The translations under genes and the position numbers were made by a program. A model generated the notes under the pieces. That model searched no databases, had not been told where the DNA came from, and saw only the letters and a program-made list of their open reading frames with translations. Shown here piece after piece: positions 12,217 through 21,707 of a stretch of 64,000 nt of DNA; the first letter of the stretch is position 1; each line of letters begins with the position of its first letter. The stretch is from an uncultured Lentisphaerales bacterium (GTDB taxonomy: Bacteria > Verrucomicrobiota > Lentisphaeria > JABSQK01 > UBA12247), in contig CALSSJ010000044.1 of the NCBI GenBank assembly GCA_943788985.1, forward strand, positions 1-64,000, in the 5' to 3' direction.

Positions 12217-12714
12217 ACGCCCCCCGTTTCCCCTAGCAGCAGGGGCCAGGCCCACCAAATCCATCTCGGGTTTGAGTTGGCCTGCGTAACGAGTAGCGGT
12301 TCAGGGCCTCCAGGCGCGCGTTCAGATCCTTAGCGGATTCCAACCAGCGTTCTACCCTCTGACGCATTCCCACGGGACCTCGTCCGGTACGCGTCAAAAG
12401 GTCGGCATAGCGCGGGATTGCAATCCCCACGCTGACGAACTCACGAGGAATCGTGTCGTACCTGCCCCATAGGTCGCAGCCGTATGCCTCCTTTGGGCAC
12501 CTGCGTTGGCGGGCTCCTACTAGCCAGATCAGCGAGACGCGCGCGCCACGCATCCCCACTCACCTAAACTGTTTTCTTCGCGCGGTTACGACAAAACCGG
12601 AGTCGTTCCTCTTCTGTCATAGCCTGTTGTAAGAGTGTAGTTGATTCCAGTTCCATAGCCTGCGCGTACCGGTAGATTCACCTCGACAAATGGCAGACCA
12701 CCAGACCGGATTGC

Positions 12715-14550
12715 ATGGCGAAGATAAGAAAGAAGAAGGCGGCAGAACAGACTGCAACTGGAGAGAGGCGCTTTGGCCGCTTCGTCATATTCGGCATCAT
12801 GTTCACGGTCTGCATCGTCTACGCCCAAACTGCGAGCTTCGAGTTTACGGACTGGGATGACAATAAGCTCATTGTCGACAATGCCGGGATCCGGTCACTG
12901 TCTGCAGAGAGCCTGCGTACAATGTTCACACTGGAGTCTGGCCGCACGTTTCAACCGATCCGTGAACTCAGCTATGCCATCGACTACGCCTTGTGGGAGC
13001 TGAAACCCGGCCCCTATCACCTCGTAAACGCGCTCCTGCACGCGATCGCGGCGGTCTTGCTGTTCGTCTGGCTCCGAGTATTACTCCGCGGGTTTCGCCC
13101 GCAATGGGAGCCACGCCAGATCGGAATCGCGGCGGCGATCGCCGCACTGCTTTTCGCAGCCCATCCGGTGAATATCGAAGCAGTCGCCTGGGCATCGTCG
13201 CGCAAATATGGTCTACTGGCGGTTTTCTCGCTGCTGGCGGCAATCTGTCACCAGCAGAGCATCACGGCGACTGGTGTCCAACGCGCAGGCCTGATCGCAG
13301 GAACACTGCTGTGCATGCTCCTGGCAATGTGGTCGAGCCCCGTAGGCGTGGTCGTGCCCACACTACTGATCGGCACCGACCTCTGTGCAGCGGGCATCCA
13401 GCGCGCTCGCAAACTCCGGGCACAGTACGCAGGCTATCTGGCGCTGAATGTGATCATCACTCTTTCCCTGTTTCGAGTCTTGACCAGCGGGCAAGGTAAA
13501 ACCGCGCGCGATCACTCCGATGGCACCCTGACGGGGACTCTAGTCACAGACTTTCAAGTTTTCTTCGACTACCTCTGCAATCTGCTGCTGCCGCTTTGGC
13601 TGAACAATCGCTACTTCCATGAGCTGTCTCAGAGCCTCAGCAGCCCCAAGGTGCTGCTGGGAATGCTGTCAGGCGCAATTTTGGTCGCGGCAGCCGTTTG
13701 GCGAGCCAGACACCAAGACTGGTTCGCGGCTTGGTGCCTGGGCTGGTTTGTGGTCGCCTGGGCCCCGGTGGCGAACTTGGTCCCAATCTCGACCATCATG
13801 GCAGATCGCTACCTTTACCTGCCTGCGATGGGGGTTTTTGCCATCGCAGGCGCGGGCGGCTCCGCCCTGATCACACGCTACGGAAAAGGCGCAATGGTCG
13901 CGATCGGCTGCGTGCTGCTGGCGTATGCTGCAGGCGGGTACCAGCGATGTGGAGTATGGAAGAACAGTGCAACCCTCTGGACCGATTCTCTAGCAAAGGA
14001 TTCTCGCAGCGCCCTGCCCTACAACTCGCTGGGCACTCTCGCCCAAGATGCCGGACGCTTCGGCGAAGCGGAAGCCTTCTACCAGCAAGCGATCGACCGG
14101 GATCCAAATTCGGCTGTCGCGCACTATAATCTCTCGCGAATCCTGACACTCCAGAGCCGCGAGCATGAACGCGCAATTCGCCACATCGACCTAGCGATTC
14201 AGGCCGATCCACTGTTTGCCAATGCCCACAACAACCGCGGAGTTCTGACCAAGGACCTTACGTCCTTTCAAGAAGCTGTCCGCTTGGCCCCTGACAATGC
14301 CGACGCCCGCAAGAACCTCGGCAACTGCTATCTAGAACGCAAGCAGTTCGACCTTGCTCGGCCACAGTACGAAAAGGCGCTACGACTCATCCCTCACGAC
14401 CCGTCACTGCACCTGTACCTCGGGCTTATTGCCCAGCAAGCCGGCGACTTGGCCGCCGCCGCGTCACGTTACGAGCAAGCACTGCTGCTGGACCCGACGC
14501 TGAGCGCGGCCCAGTCCCGCCTCACCCAGATCCGCGCCAGCCAGAACTGA
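12715..14550 (+). CDS. TMTC-like membrane glycosyltransferase with C-terminal TPRs
   Basis: F..WDD, P.RELSY, YHLVN.LLH, HP.NIEAVAW, ADRYLYLP, W.NS.TLW, then TPR repeats. Confidence 0.82.
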   Translation: MAKIRKKKAAEQTATGERRFGRFVIFGIMFTVCIVYAQTASFEFTDWDDNKLIVDNAGIRSLSAESLRTMFTLESGRTFQPIRELSYAIDYALWELKPGPYHLVNALLHAIAAVLLFVWLRVLLRGFRPQWEPRQIGIAAAIAALLFAAHPVNIEAVAWASSRKYGLLAVFSLLAAICHQQSITATGVQRAGLIAGTLLCMLLAMWSSPVGVVVPTLLIGTDLCAAGIQRARKLRAQYAGYLALNVIITLSLFRVLTSGQGKTARDHSDGTLTGTLVTDFQVFFDYLCNLLLPLWLNNRYFHELSQSLSSPKVLLGMLSGAILVAAAVWRARHQDWFAAWCLGWFVVAWAPVANLVPISTIMADRYLYLPAMGVFAIAGAGGSALITRYGKGAMVAIGCVLLAYAAGGYQRCGVWKNSATLWTDSLAKDSRSALPYNSLGTLAQDAGRFGEAEAFYQQAIDRDPNSAVAHYNLSRILTLQSREHERAIRHIDLAIQADPLFANAHNNRGVLTKDLTSFQEAVRLAPDNADARKNLGNCYLERKQFDLARPQYEKALRLIPHDPSLHLYLGLIAQQAGDLAAAASRYEQALLLDPTLSAAQSRLTQIRASQN

Positions 14551-14654
14551 CAACCAAAACAACCCGCAGATTATTTCCCGCCAGCACTGTTACCGCAGGC
14601 GCAACGATCTACCTATACGAGATTCATTCTGTTCACCTCACCGATGGAATCGAC

Positions 14655-15737
14655 ATGAGCCAGGTTTATAATTTCAGCGCAGGCCCCGCCACGCTGCCGG
14701 CTGCGGTAATGCAGAAGGCTGCCGAAGAATTCACCGACTACCAGGGCCTCGGCTACGGTATCCTCGAAGCCAGCCACCGCAGCAAAGAGTTCACGGCTGT
14801 CATCGATGGTGCGGAGTCCGCAATTCGCGAACTGTTGAGCATTCCCGAAGACTATTCCGTTCTGTTTCTGCAGGGCGGCGCGAGCACCCAGTTTGCCATG
14901 ATCCCAATGAACTTGCTGGGCGAAGGGCAGACTGCGGACTACGTGGACACCGGTTCCTGGAGCCAGAAGGCAGCTAAGGAAGGCAAGCTACAGGGAAAAG
15001 CCAATGTCGTCGCGAGCAGCGGGCCGAACTACACGTCAATCCCCGATGCCGACAGCTGGAACTGCACGCCCGACGCTGCCTACCTGCATATCACCAGTAA
15101 CAATACCATCTACGGCACCCAGTTTGCCAGCTTCCCGACCGCGCCGGCTGGCGTCCCGCTCATCGCTGATATGTCCAGTGATATCTTGTCGCGCGATTTC
15201 GACGTCTCGAACTTTGGATTGATCTATGGTGGTGCCCAGAAAAATCTTGGCCCTTCGGGGGTGACGCTGGTGATCGCCAGGACAGACCTCATCAGCAGGG
15301 GCCCAGCAAATGTTCCCACGATGTTGCGGTATGACACCCATGTCGATAAGGCGTCGCTGTACAACACACCACCCACCTTCGCGATCTATATGGTCGGGCT
15401 AGTTGCACAGTGGGTTCAGAGCAGAGGCGGCCTGGCAGGCATCGAGGCGACCAACGCTGAAAAGGCTGCACTGATCTACGACTGCATTGACGCAGACGAC
15501 TTTTACCAAGGCCCGGCTGCCAAGGCCGACCGCTCCAAGATGAACGTCTGCTTCACGATCGGTGATGCCGAACGCGAGGGCACCTTCGTCAAGCAAGCTA
15601 GCGCGATCGGCTTGGTAGGGCTGAAAGGGCATCGCTCCGTGGGCGGCATGCGGGCAAGCATCTACAACGCGATGCCGATCGAAGGCGTCCGCAATCTGGT
15701 GGCGTTCATGCAAGAATTCCGCGCTCAGCACGGCTGA
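14655..15737 (+). CDS. serC: Phosphoserine aminotransferase
   Basis: YNFSAGPA, SHRS, LQGGAS, DMSS, GAQKN, GHRSVGG.RASIYN. Confidence 0.96.
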   Translation: MSQVYNFSAGPATLPAAVMQKAAEEFTDYQGLGYGILEASHRSKEFTAVIDGAESAIRELLSIPEDYSVLFLQGGASTQFAMIPMNLLGEGQTADYVDTGSWSQKAAKEGKLQGKANVVASSGPNYTSIPDADSWNCTPDAAYLHITSNNTIYGTQFASFPTAPAGVPLIADMSSDILSRDFDVSNFGLIYGGAQKNLGPSGVTLVIARTDLISRGPANVPTMLRYDTHVDKASLYNTPPTFAIYMVGLVAQWVQSRGGLAGIEATNAEKAALIYDCIDADDFYQGPAAKADRSKMNVCFTIGDAEREGTFVKQASAIGLVGLKGHRSVGGMRASIYNAMPIEGVRNLVAFMQEFRAQHG

Positions 15738-16589
15738 TGGGCAAGATAGTGCAGACACTTACCCAGACTAGCACCGTCACGTCCTTCGGCGGGCAGCAGG
15801 CCGTTTACAGGCACACATCCGCGGCCTTGAACTGCGAGATGAACGTAGGGGTCTATCTCCCCCCGCAGGCAGCCACCGGCCCCTGCCCCGTCCTGTATTG
15901 GCTCAGCGGGCTCACCTGCACCGAACAGAACTTTGTGACCAAGGCAGGCGCACAGCAGTACGCCGCCGAGCACGGGATCATCGTCGTGGCCCCCGGACAC
16001 CAGCCCGCGCGGCGATGATGTCCCGGACGACGACGGCTATGACCTTGGCTGTGGCGCTGGTTTCTATCTGAACGCCACCCGTGCCCCTTGGAGCAAGCAC
16101 TACCACATGTACGACTATGTGGTCAGTGAACTGCCAGCCTTGATCGACGCGACCTTCCAAACGACGGGAAAAGCCGGCATTTTTGGCCATTCGATGGGAG
16201 GCCACGGTGCGCTCACTATTGCGCTCAAGAATCCCGGCAAGTACGTGTCGGTTTCTGCGTTTTCCCCAATCGTGGCTCCCGCCAGCGTGCCATGGGGGCA
16301 CAAAGCGTTTTCCGCGTACCTCGGAGACGATCAGTCCCAATGGCAAGCACACGACGCCTGCGCGCTGGTCGCGTCAGCCAGCGAGAAGCTGCCTCTGCTG
16401 ATTGATCAGGGCGACGGTGACTGCTTCCTTGAGGAGCAATTGCAGCCCGCACGGCTCGAACAGGCTTGCGCCGCAGCTGGCCATCCGCTGACTCTGCGCC
16501 TGCAGCCGGGCTACGATCACAGCTACTACTTCATCAGCACATTTATCGGCGACCACTTCGCCCACCACGCGGCGGCGCTGAAGGACTGA
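15737..16589 (+). CDS. fghA: S-formylglutathione hydrolase; frameshift near 15995
   Basis: [32 protein letters not shown]. Confidence 0.92.
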
Positions 16590-16591
16590 CA

Positions 16592-17239
16592 GTGGCCCGC
16601 ATTCGGCGCATGACCAAAGCCCAGATCGCAGAGTGCTTTGCGATCTTCGCAAAGACCATCGAGCCCAAATCTGAGCTGAAGTGGGAATCGCCGTTGGACC
16701 TGGTCATCGCCGTTCTGCTGTCTGCCCAAGCCACGGATATCGGCGTAAACAAGGCGACGCGACCATTATTCGCACGCTGTCGCAGCTGTGAGGACTATCT
16801 GGAGCTGGGCGAGGAAGGCGTACGCGAGGCGATCAAGACCATCGGCCTGTTCCGCAACAAGGCCAAGCACGTGATCGGGCTTTGCCACTTGCTCCTGAAT
16901 GAACATGGCGGCGAAGTCCCTTCGGACCGCGAGGCGCTCGAGCGCCTCCCCGGCGTAGGTCGCAAGACCGCTAACGTGGTGCTGAACGTGTGCTTCAACC
17001 AAGCCACTCTCGCTGTCGACACGCACATCTTCCGGGTCGCCAACCGCATGGGTTTCTGCGACGAAAAAACACCGCTGGCGACAGAACAGGCGCTGCTCAA
17101 GAAGATCCCCCCGGAGCATCTCAAGCCCGCGCATCATTATCTCATTCTGCACGGGCGCTATACCTGCAAAGCGCGTAAGCCTATTTGCAGCGCCTGCACC
17201 GTGCGGGCCTGCTGCAATTACACAGACAAGATAGACTAA
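16592..17239 (+). CDS. nth: Endonuclease III
   Basis: LSAQATD, LPGVGRKTANVV, VDTH, C-x6-C-x2-C-x5-C Fe-S motif. Confidence 0.96.
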   Translation: MARIRRMTKAQIAECFAIFAKTIEPKSELKWESPLDLVIAVLLSAQATDIGVNKATRPLFARCRSCEDYLELGEEGVREAIKTIGLFRNKAKHVIGLCHLLLNEHGGEVPSDREALERLPGVGRKTANVVLNVCFNQATLAVDTHIFRVANRMGFCDEKTPLATEQALLKKIPPEHLKPAHHYLILHGRYTCKARKPICSACTVRACCNYTDKID

Positions 17240-17676
17240 TGTTTGCCCGGGTCGCTCGCGTCGCGACGGTACTTGCAGTGCTCGCGGCATACTTGCTCGC
17301 CTACCTTCCTGTAGTTTCGCCCACGTTCATCGCAGATTGCTTCCTCGCGCAAGCCCCCTCGAACGGCCGCTTTCTCTGCCAAGACCATAATTGCGGCTGT
17401 AAATCCGCGGTAGATTGCGCAACAAACTGCTGCTGCTTCCCCAAAGACTCTCGGCGGCGCACAGAATCCGCTCCCGCGCTTGCTGCTGGCAAATGTCACA
17501 GCGACGCCCCGGCCGGATCAGTCACAGCCGCCAATCCTATCAAACACGTTCCCAGCGCTGACAGCCCCTCATGGTTTGCGGAGTCCGCAACCCGGGGCCC
17601 CGTGCTGGCCTTCACCGCGGCATATTCCCCGCCAGATCCTGAGCACACCAGCCCGGTCCCCATTCACGAGTCCTGA
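17239..17676 (+). CDS. Cys-rich exported protein with Pro-rich tail (DUF2946/CutF-like architecture)
   Basis: N-terminal hydrophobic helix, CQDHNCGC..DCATNCCC, C-terminal SPPDPEHTSPVP. Confidence 0.55.
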   Translation: MFARVARVATVLAVLAAYLLAYLPVVSPTFIADCFLAQAPSNGRFLCQDHNCGCKSAVDCATNCCCFPKDSRRRTESAPALAAGKCHSDAPAGSVTAANPIKHVPSADSPSWFAESATRGPVLAFTAAYSPPDPEHTSPVPIHES

Positions 17677-17824
17677 GAACTCTTGTAGGCAGGAGATTGA
17701 GGAAAATGGCAGCCTCCCATAGCGCCAGCGTCTTCTCCGCCCGCCTGCATATCCTCGTGCATCAGCACGCCACCTCCCTGGTCCCCGGCTTTCCGGGACC
17801 GCATCCTCTCTCAGGTAATTTCAT

Positions 17825-18820
17825 ATGAGTTATTCACCGTTTTTGCGTGCCGTCGGCACGCTCCTTCTATCCACGATCTGCCTCGCTGGCAGTCGCCCGG
17901 ACGCTCACGCCCCAATTGGCGTCATGGGCGACCATCTTCACGCACGCAATCAGATCATGGTGTCCTACCGCATGATGCACATGGACATGCCCGGGCAACG
18001 GCAGGGCAGCCAAGAACTCAGTGCGCACGAGGTCCACGCTCTCGGCCATGACGCGGCCGCCACGAACATGAGCATGAACATGCACATGATGGGTGCCATG
18101 TACGCCCCGACCAAATCAGTCACACTCATGCTCATGGGCATGTGGCTTGAAAAGGACATGACCTTGCAGTCCAGCCCGCATGGCATGCACGGCCATGGCA
18201 CCCACGGGCACTCCAGTTCCGGCTGGGGCGACACTTCCCTGACTGCCTTGATCGGTCTCCATCAGGATGACACCCACCGCGTTCACCTTGGCCTGGGAGT
18301 CAGCCTCCCAACCGGGGCTGCGGACGTCCGCCAGGCAGGGACATTTCTGCCTTACGGTATGCAACTGGGCTCCGGAACCTGGGACTTTCTGCCAAGTGTC
18401 ACCTACACCGGGATCGCGGATACCTGGTCTTGGGGTGCCCAGATAAGCGGGAAGATTCGCGAGCATGCGCGCAATGACAGCGGCTTCACCCTGGGAAATG
18501 CTGTCAGCACCACCTGCTGGGCTGCACGCCCTCTTTCTGAGAGCATCAGCGCATCCGCCCGGTTGGTTCACCACAGCGAGGGCGCGATCGCAGGCCATTT
18601 CAACGACACCCATGGCCACGCGGCACCGCCGCATTTCCCGCGCAACTACGGCGGACAGCGGCTGGAATGCGCGGCCGGTCTCAACCTGTCACCGCCTACA
18701 GGGCCCTTGGCTGGGCATCGCATTGCGCTGGAAGTCCACGTTCCGGTCTACCAAGACATGAACGGTATCGGCATGGATACCGGCATCACCTTCATGGCTG
18801 GTTGGCAGAAGAAAATCTAA
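17825..18820 (+). CDS. His/Met-rich outer-membrane beta-barrel 'transporter' family protein
   Basis: Signal peptide, RPDAHAPIGVMGDH, MSMNMHMMGAM, LPYGMQLGSGT, amphipathic C-terminal strand. Confidence 0.75.
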   Translation: MSYSPFLRAVGTLLLSTICLAGSRPDAHAPIGVMGDHLHARNQIMVSYRMMHMDMPGQRQGSQELSAHEVHALGHDAAATNMSMNMHMMGAMYAPTKSVTLMLMGMWLEKDMTLQSSPHGMHGHGTHGHSSSGWGDTSLTALIGLHQDDTHRVHLGLGVSLPTGAADVRQAGTFLPYGMQLGSGTWDFLPSVTYTGIADTWSWGAQISGKIREHARNDSGFTLGNAVSTTCWAARPLSESISASARLVHHSEGAIAGHFNDTHGHAAPPHFPRNYGGQRLECAAGLNLSPPTGPLAGHRIALEVHVPVYQDMNGIGMDTGITFMAGWQKKI

Positions 18821-18887
18821 CCTCACAATGCTATCGATGGCTGTTCGCGTGACGTCCGCAATAGCGGTTCCCGCCTGCAGCCGCCGA

Positions 18888-19649
18888 CTACTCTGCGTCG
18901 CTCAACTCCATGCTCACCGGGCAATGATCGGAACCCATGATATCCGCCAGAATCTCACAGGATTCCAGGCGCGGGCGCAACGCTTCTGAGAGGCAGAAAT
19001 AGTCGAGCCGCCAGCCCACGTTGCGCTCACGAGCGCCGCCCCACTGCGCCCACCAGGTATAGTGGCCGTTTCCTTCGTGAAACTCCCGGAAGGCATCCAC
19101 AAAACCTGCCTCAATAATCCGGTCGACCCCAGCTCGTTCTTGTGGCGTAAAACCGTGCTTTTTCTGATTTGCCTTGGGATTGGACAAATCCAGCTCCGTG
19201 TGGGCCACATTCAGGTCGCCACAGAAGATTACCGGCTTGGTTTTCTCCAATTCGCAGCAGTACTTCAGAAATGCCACATCCCACTCCTCGGTGCGATAGG
19301 GCAAGCGGGACAAGTCCCGTTTCGCATTCGGCGTATAGACCGAGATCAGGTAGAAATCCGTCAGCTCGATCGTCGTCACGCGGCCTTCGGTATCGTGCTC
19401 TGCAATTCCGATCCCACGGCGCGTGGATAGCGGCTCTGCGCGGCTGAGAACCAGAGTGCCCGAATAGCCCTTCTTTTCCGCCCAATCCCAGACTGCGTGG
19501 TACCCTGGCAACTCCAGCTCCACGTCCACAGGGCGTGCCTTCGTTTCCTGGATGCAGATAAAGTCGGCGTCTTGCTCAGCGACGAAGTCGCGAAAGCCTT
19601 TTCGAATCGCCGCGCGAATGCCATTGACATTCCAGCTGAGAAACTTCAC
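18888..19649 (-). CDS. xth: Exodeoxyribonuclease III
   Basis: [33 protein letters not shown]. Confidence 0.96.
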   Translation of the reverse strand: MKFLSWNVNGIRAAIRKGFRDFVAEQDADFICIQETKARPVDVELELPGYHAVWDWAEKKGYSGTLVLSRAEPLSTRRGIGIAEHDTEGRVTTIELTDFYLISVYTPNAKRDLSRLPYRTEEWDVAFLKYCCELEKTKPVIFCGDLNVAHTELDLSNPKANQKKHGFTPQERAGVDRIIEAGFVDAFREFHEGNGHYTWWAQWGGARERNVGWRLDYFCLSEALRPRLESCEILADIMGSDHCPVSMELSDAE

Positions 19650-20158
19650 CCTGCGGTGGTGTCTCCGTAAAGACCTACACGCAGGTCCTTGGCGGTGTAA
19701 ATGGTCTCGCCGTCTACTTTGACAATGCCGTCTGCAATGCCCATCGTCAGCTTACGATTGATGATCCGACGAATGTGGATCTCATAGGAGACAACTTTTG
19801 CATCGGGGAGAACTTCGCCACGGAAGCGTACGCCTTCCACTCCCAACGCGCGGCCCTTCCCCTTGTAGCCCTTCCAGGCAAGAAAAAAGCCGACCAATTG
19901 CCACAGTGCATCCAGTCCTAGACTGCCAGGCATCACCGGATCCCCGCGAAAGTGACACTCGAAGAACCACAAGTCAGGGGTGATATCAAGTTCCGCGGTC
20001 AAAAGACCTTTGTCGTAGTTACCACCTTCAGAAGCGACATGGGTGATGCGATCGACCATCAGCATGTGCCCTGCCGGGAGTTTCCCGTAGTCCGGACCGA
20101 ATAGACGCCCCTCGCTACATTCGGATACGTCTGCGCGAGAATAGGAATTGGATGACAT
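19646..20158 (-). CDS. fabA: 3-hydroxydecanoyl-ACP dehydratase/isomerase
   Basis: [32 protein letters not shown]. Confidence 0.93.
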   Translation of the reverse strand: MSSNSYSRADVSECSEGRLFGPDYGKLPAGHMLMVDRITHVASEGGNYDKGLLTAELDITPDLWFFECHFRGDPVMPGSLGLDALWQLVGFFLAWKGYKGKGRALGVEGVRFRGEVLPDAKVVSYEIHIRRIINRKLTMGIADGIVKVDGETIYTAKDLRVGLYGDTTAG

Positions 20159-20178
20159 GGACGCCCTTTTTAAGAAAT

Positions 20179-20253
20179 TGGCTCCGACATCTGGATTCGA
20201 ACCAGAGACCTAGTGGTTAACAGCCACCCGCTCTACCGCTGAGCTATGTCGGA
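20179..20253 (-). tRNA. tRNA-Asn (GTT)
   Basis: Reverse complement TCCGACATAGCTCAGCGGTAGAGCG-GGTGG-CTGTTAA-CCACT...GTTCGAATCC...GCCA. Confidence 0.95.
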
Positions 20254-20351
20254 ACCTGAACTCGTCTTGCGGCCGAGAGCCCGAACGATAGCATCGCATC
20301 CGGCTCTGTCACATGACATTTTAAAACTTTGTTTCATCCGCCCAATATGGG

Positions 20352-20428
20352 TGGTCGGGGTGAGAGGATTTGAACCTCCGACTTCTACGTCCCGAACGTA
20401 GCGCTCTGCCAGGCTGAGCTACACCCCG
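20352..20428 (-). tRNA. tRNA-Pro (CGG)
   Basis: Reverse complement CGGGGTGTAGCTCAGCCTGG...CTACG-TTCGGGA-CGTAG...GTTCAAATCC...ACCA. Confidence 0.95.
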
Positions 20429-20469
20429 AGCTTGGCAAGGGCGGTACGCTACGCGCGTAGTTCGACATT

Positions 20470-21633
20470 TCAAGGTGCAATCAGCGCTGTTCGTTGCTGA
20501 ATGCAGTGGAGATGATCAAACCTTGCTTCCACTAAGGCCCTGGCCGCGAGCGCGCGCTGCCGAACTTCTTTCGCATCCTGAAGGATTTTCTCGATCGTCG
20601 CCACATATCCAGACGCGGTCCCGTCCACCGGCCAACCAGTCCGCTCGCTCAAAATCTGGCCGACTCCCCCGCAGATCGTGCCGACAACTGGCAGCCCAGA
20701 CGCCATGGCCTCGACCACGATGTTGGGAATACCCTCGGCATCACCGTTGCGGAGTTCGCAACTCGTGAGCAGTAACGCGCAACTGCGCTGGAGTTTACGC
20801 CGGATCTGATCCTGAGGCAGCACCCCGGGAAGCTCCAGCCACTCCCGCTTATCCGGCATCAGCGCCCCGGCCCCAGCCATACAGAGCGTAAAATCCACGC
20901 CGGTCTCCCGTAACGCGGCAACCGCCTCAACCGCCAACCATGGCTGCTTTTTCTCGACGAACCGTCCAGCCCAGAACAACCGCCTCGGAGCCGCGTCGAG
21001 GTCTGCCATGGGCCAAGCGTCCAGCGCCAATCCGTGCGGAATCACGTGAAGCCGCGGGTGAGAGAGACTGGCCGCAACATGCTCATTGCAGGCCAGAACC
21101 ACGGTGGCCGTATCGTACAGCGACGGAGGATACGGGCTAGTGAGCACATCTGCAGCATGCACACTCACCGACCAACTCAGCCCGGCGGCGTCGGCTGCGA
21201 AGTGCGCAAGCACAGCCGGCAATCCACCAAATGCGGCGTGGATGTGGCTCACGCCGCGCTCAGTTGCGAACTCCGCAAGTTTTTGAATCAGCGTGCCATG
21301 CCTGCGACGCGCTAGGGGAAGCCGCAGACTACCAGGCACAAGTCCGGCCCGTGAGCTCTGCGTGCCTGCTGTGGGCGGTCGGTCGTCCAAGTAATTGCAC
21401 GCACCGGACGCAGGGGCGCCCTGCCGGATTGCTACCAGTTCCAACGGCATTAAGGCACGCAGCGACTCTACTTCCTGGGCGATGAACGTCTCGCTCCAGG
21501 CGGGCCAAGTCCCTGTCAGATATGCAATTTTGCTCAGAATGCCCCAGCATACGATGTGATCGTGCCTCCGCTCCCTGCTACCGTACTGAGGCGCATCCCC
21601 GAATGCAATCCGCAGCGAACGACTGTCCGTCAC
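20470..21633 (-). CDS. Glycosyltransferase family 4 (true start probably near 21540)
   Basis: KIAYL...SETFI.QE, HIHA.F, GRFVEKK, EGIPNIVVEAMASG. Confidence 0.88.
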   Translation of the reverse strand: MTDSRSLRIAFGDAPQYGSRERRHDHIVCWGILSKIAYLTGTWPAWSETFIAQEVESLRALMPLELVAIRQGAPASGACNYLDDRPPTAGTQSSRAGLVPGSLRLPLARRRHGTLIQKLAEFATERGVSHIHAAFGGLPAVLAHFAADAAGLSWSVSVHAADVLTSPYPPSLYDTATVVLACNEHVAASLSHPRLHVIPHGLALDAWPMADLDAAPRRLFWAGRFVEKKQPWLAVEAVAALRETGVDFTLCMAGAGALMPDKREWLELPGVLPQDQIRRKLQRSCALLLTSCELRNGDAEGIPNIVVEAMASGLPVVGTICGGVGQILSERTGWPVDGTASGYVATIEKILQDAKEVRQRALAARALVEARFDHLHCIQQRTALIAP

Positions 21634-21660
21634 TCAAAAGGGTGGTAGCGGTATGCACTG

Positions 21661-21684
21661 TTGTTCCGGATCTATCCGGAGCGA
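21661..21684. repeat. Single REP-like hairpin related to 7561-7629
   Basis: TTGTTCCGGAT-CT-ATCCGGAGCGA shares the CCGGAT-NN-ATCCGG core. Confidence 0.45.
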
Positions 21685-21707
21685 GGTGAATGCCCTGGAG
21701 GATCTAA

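Noticed and set aside
7662..20428. Prophage or island integrated at a tRNA
   Set aside because: No integrase and no duplicated tRNA 3' end found
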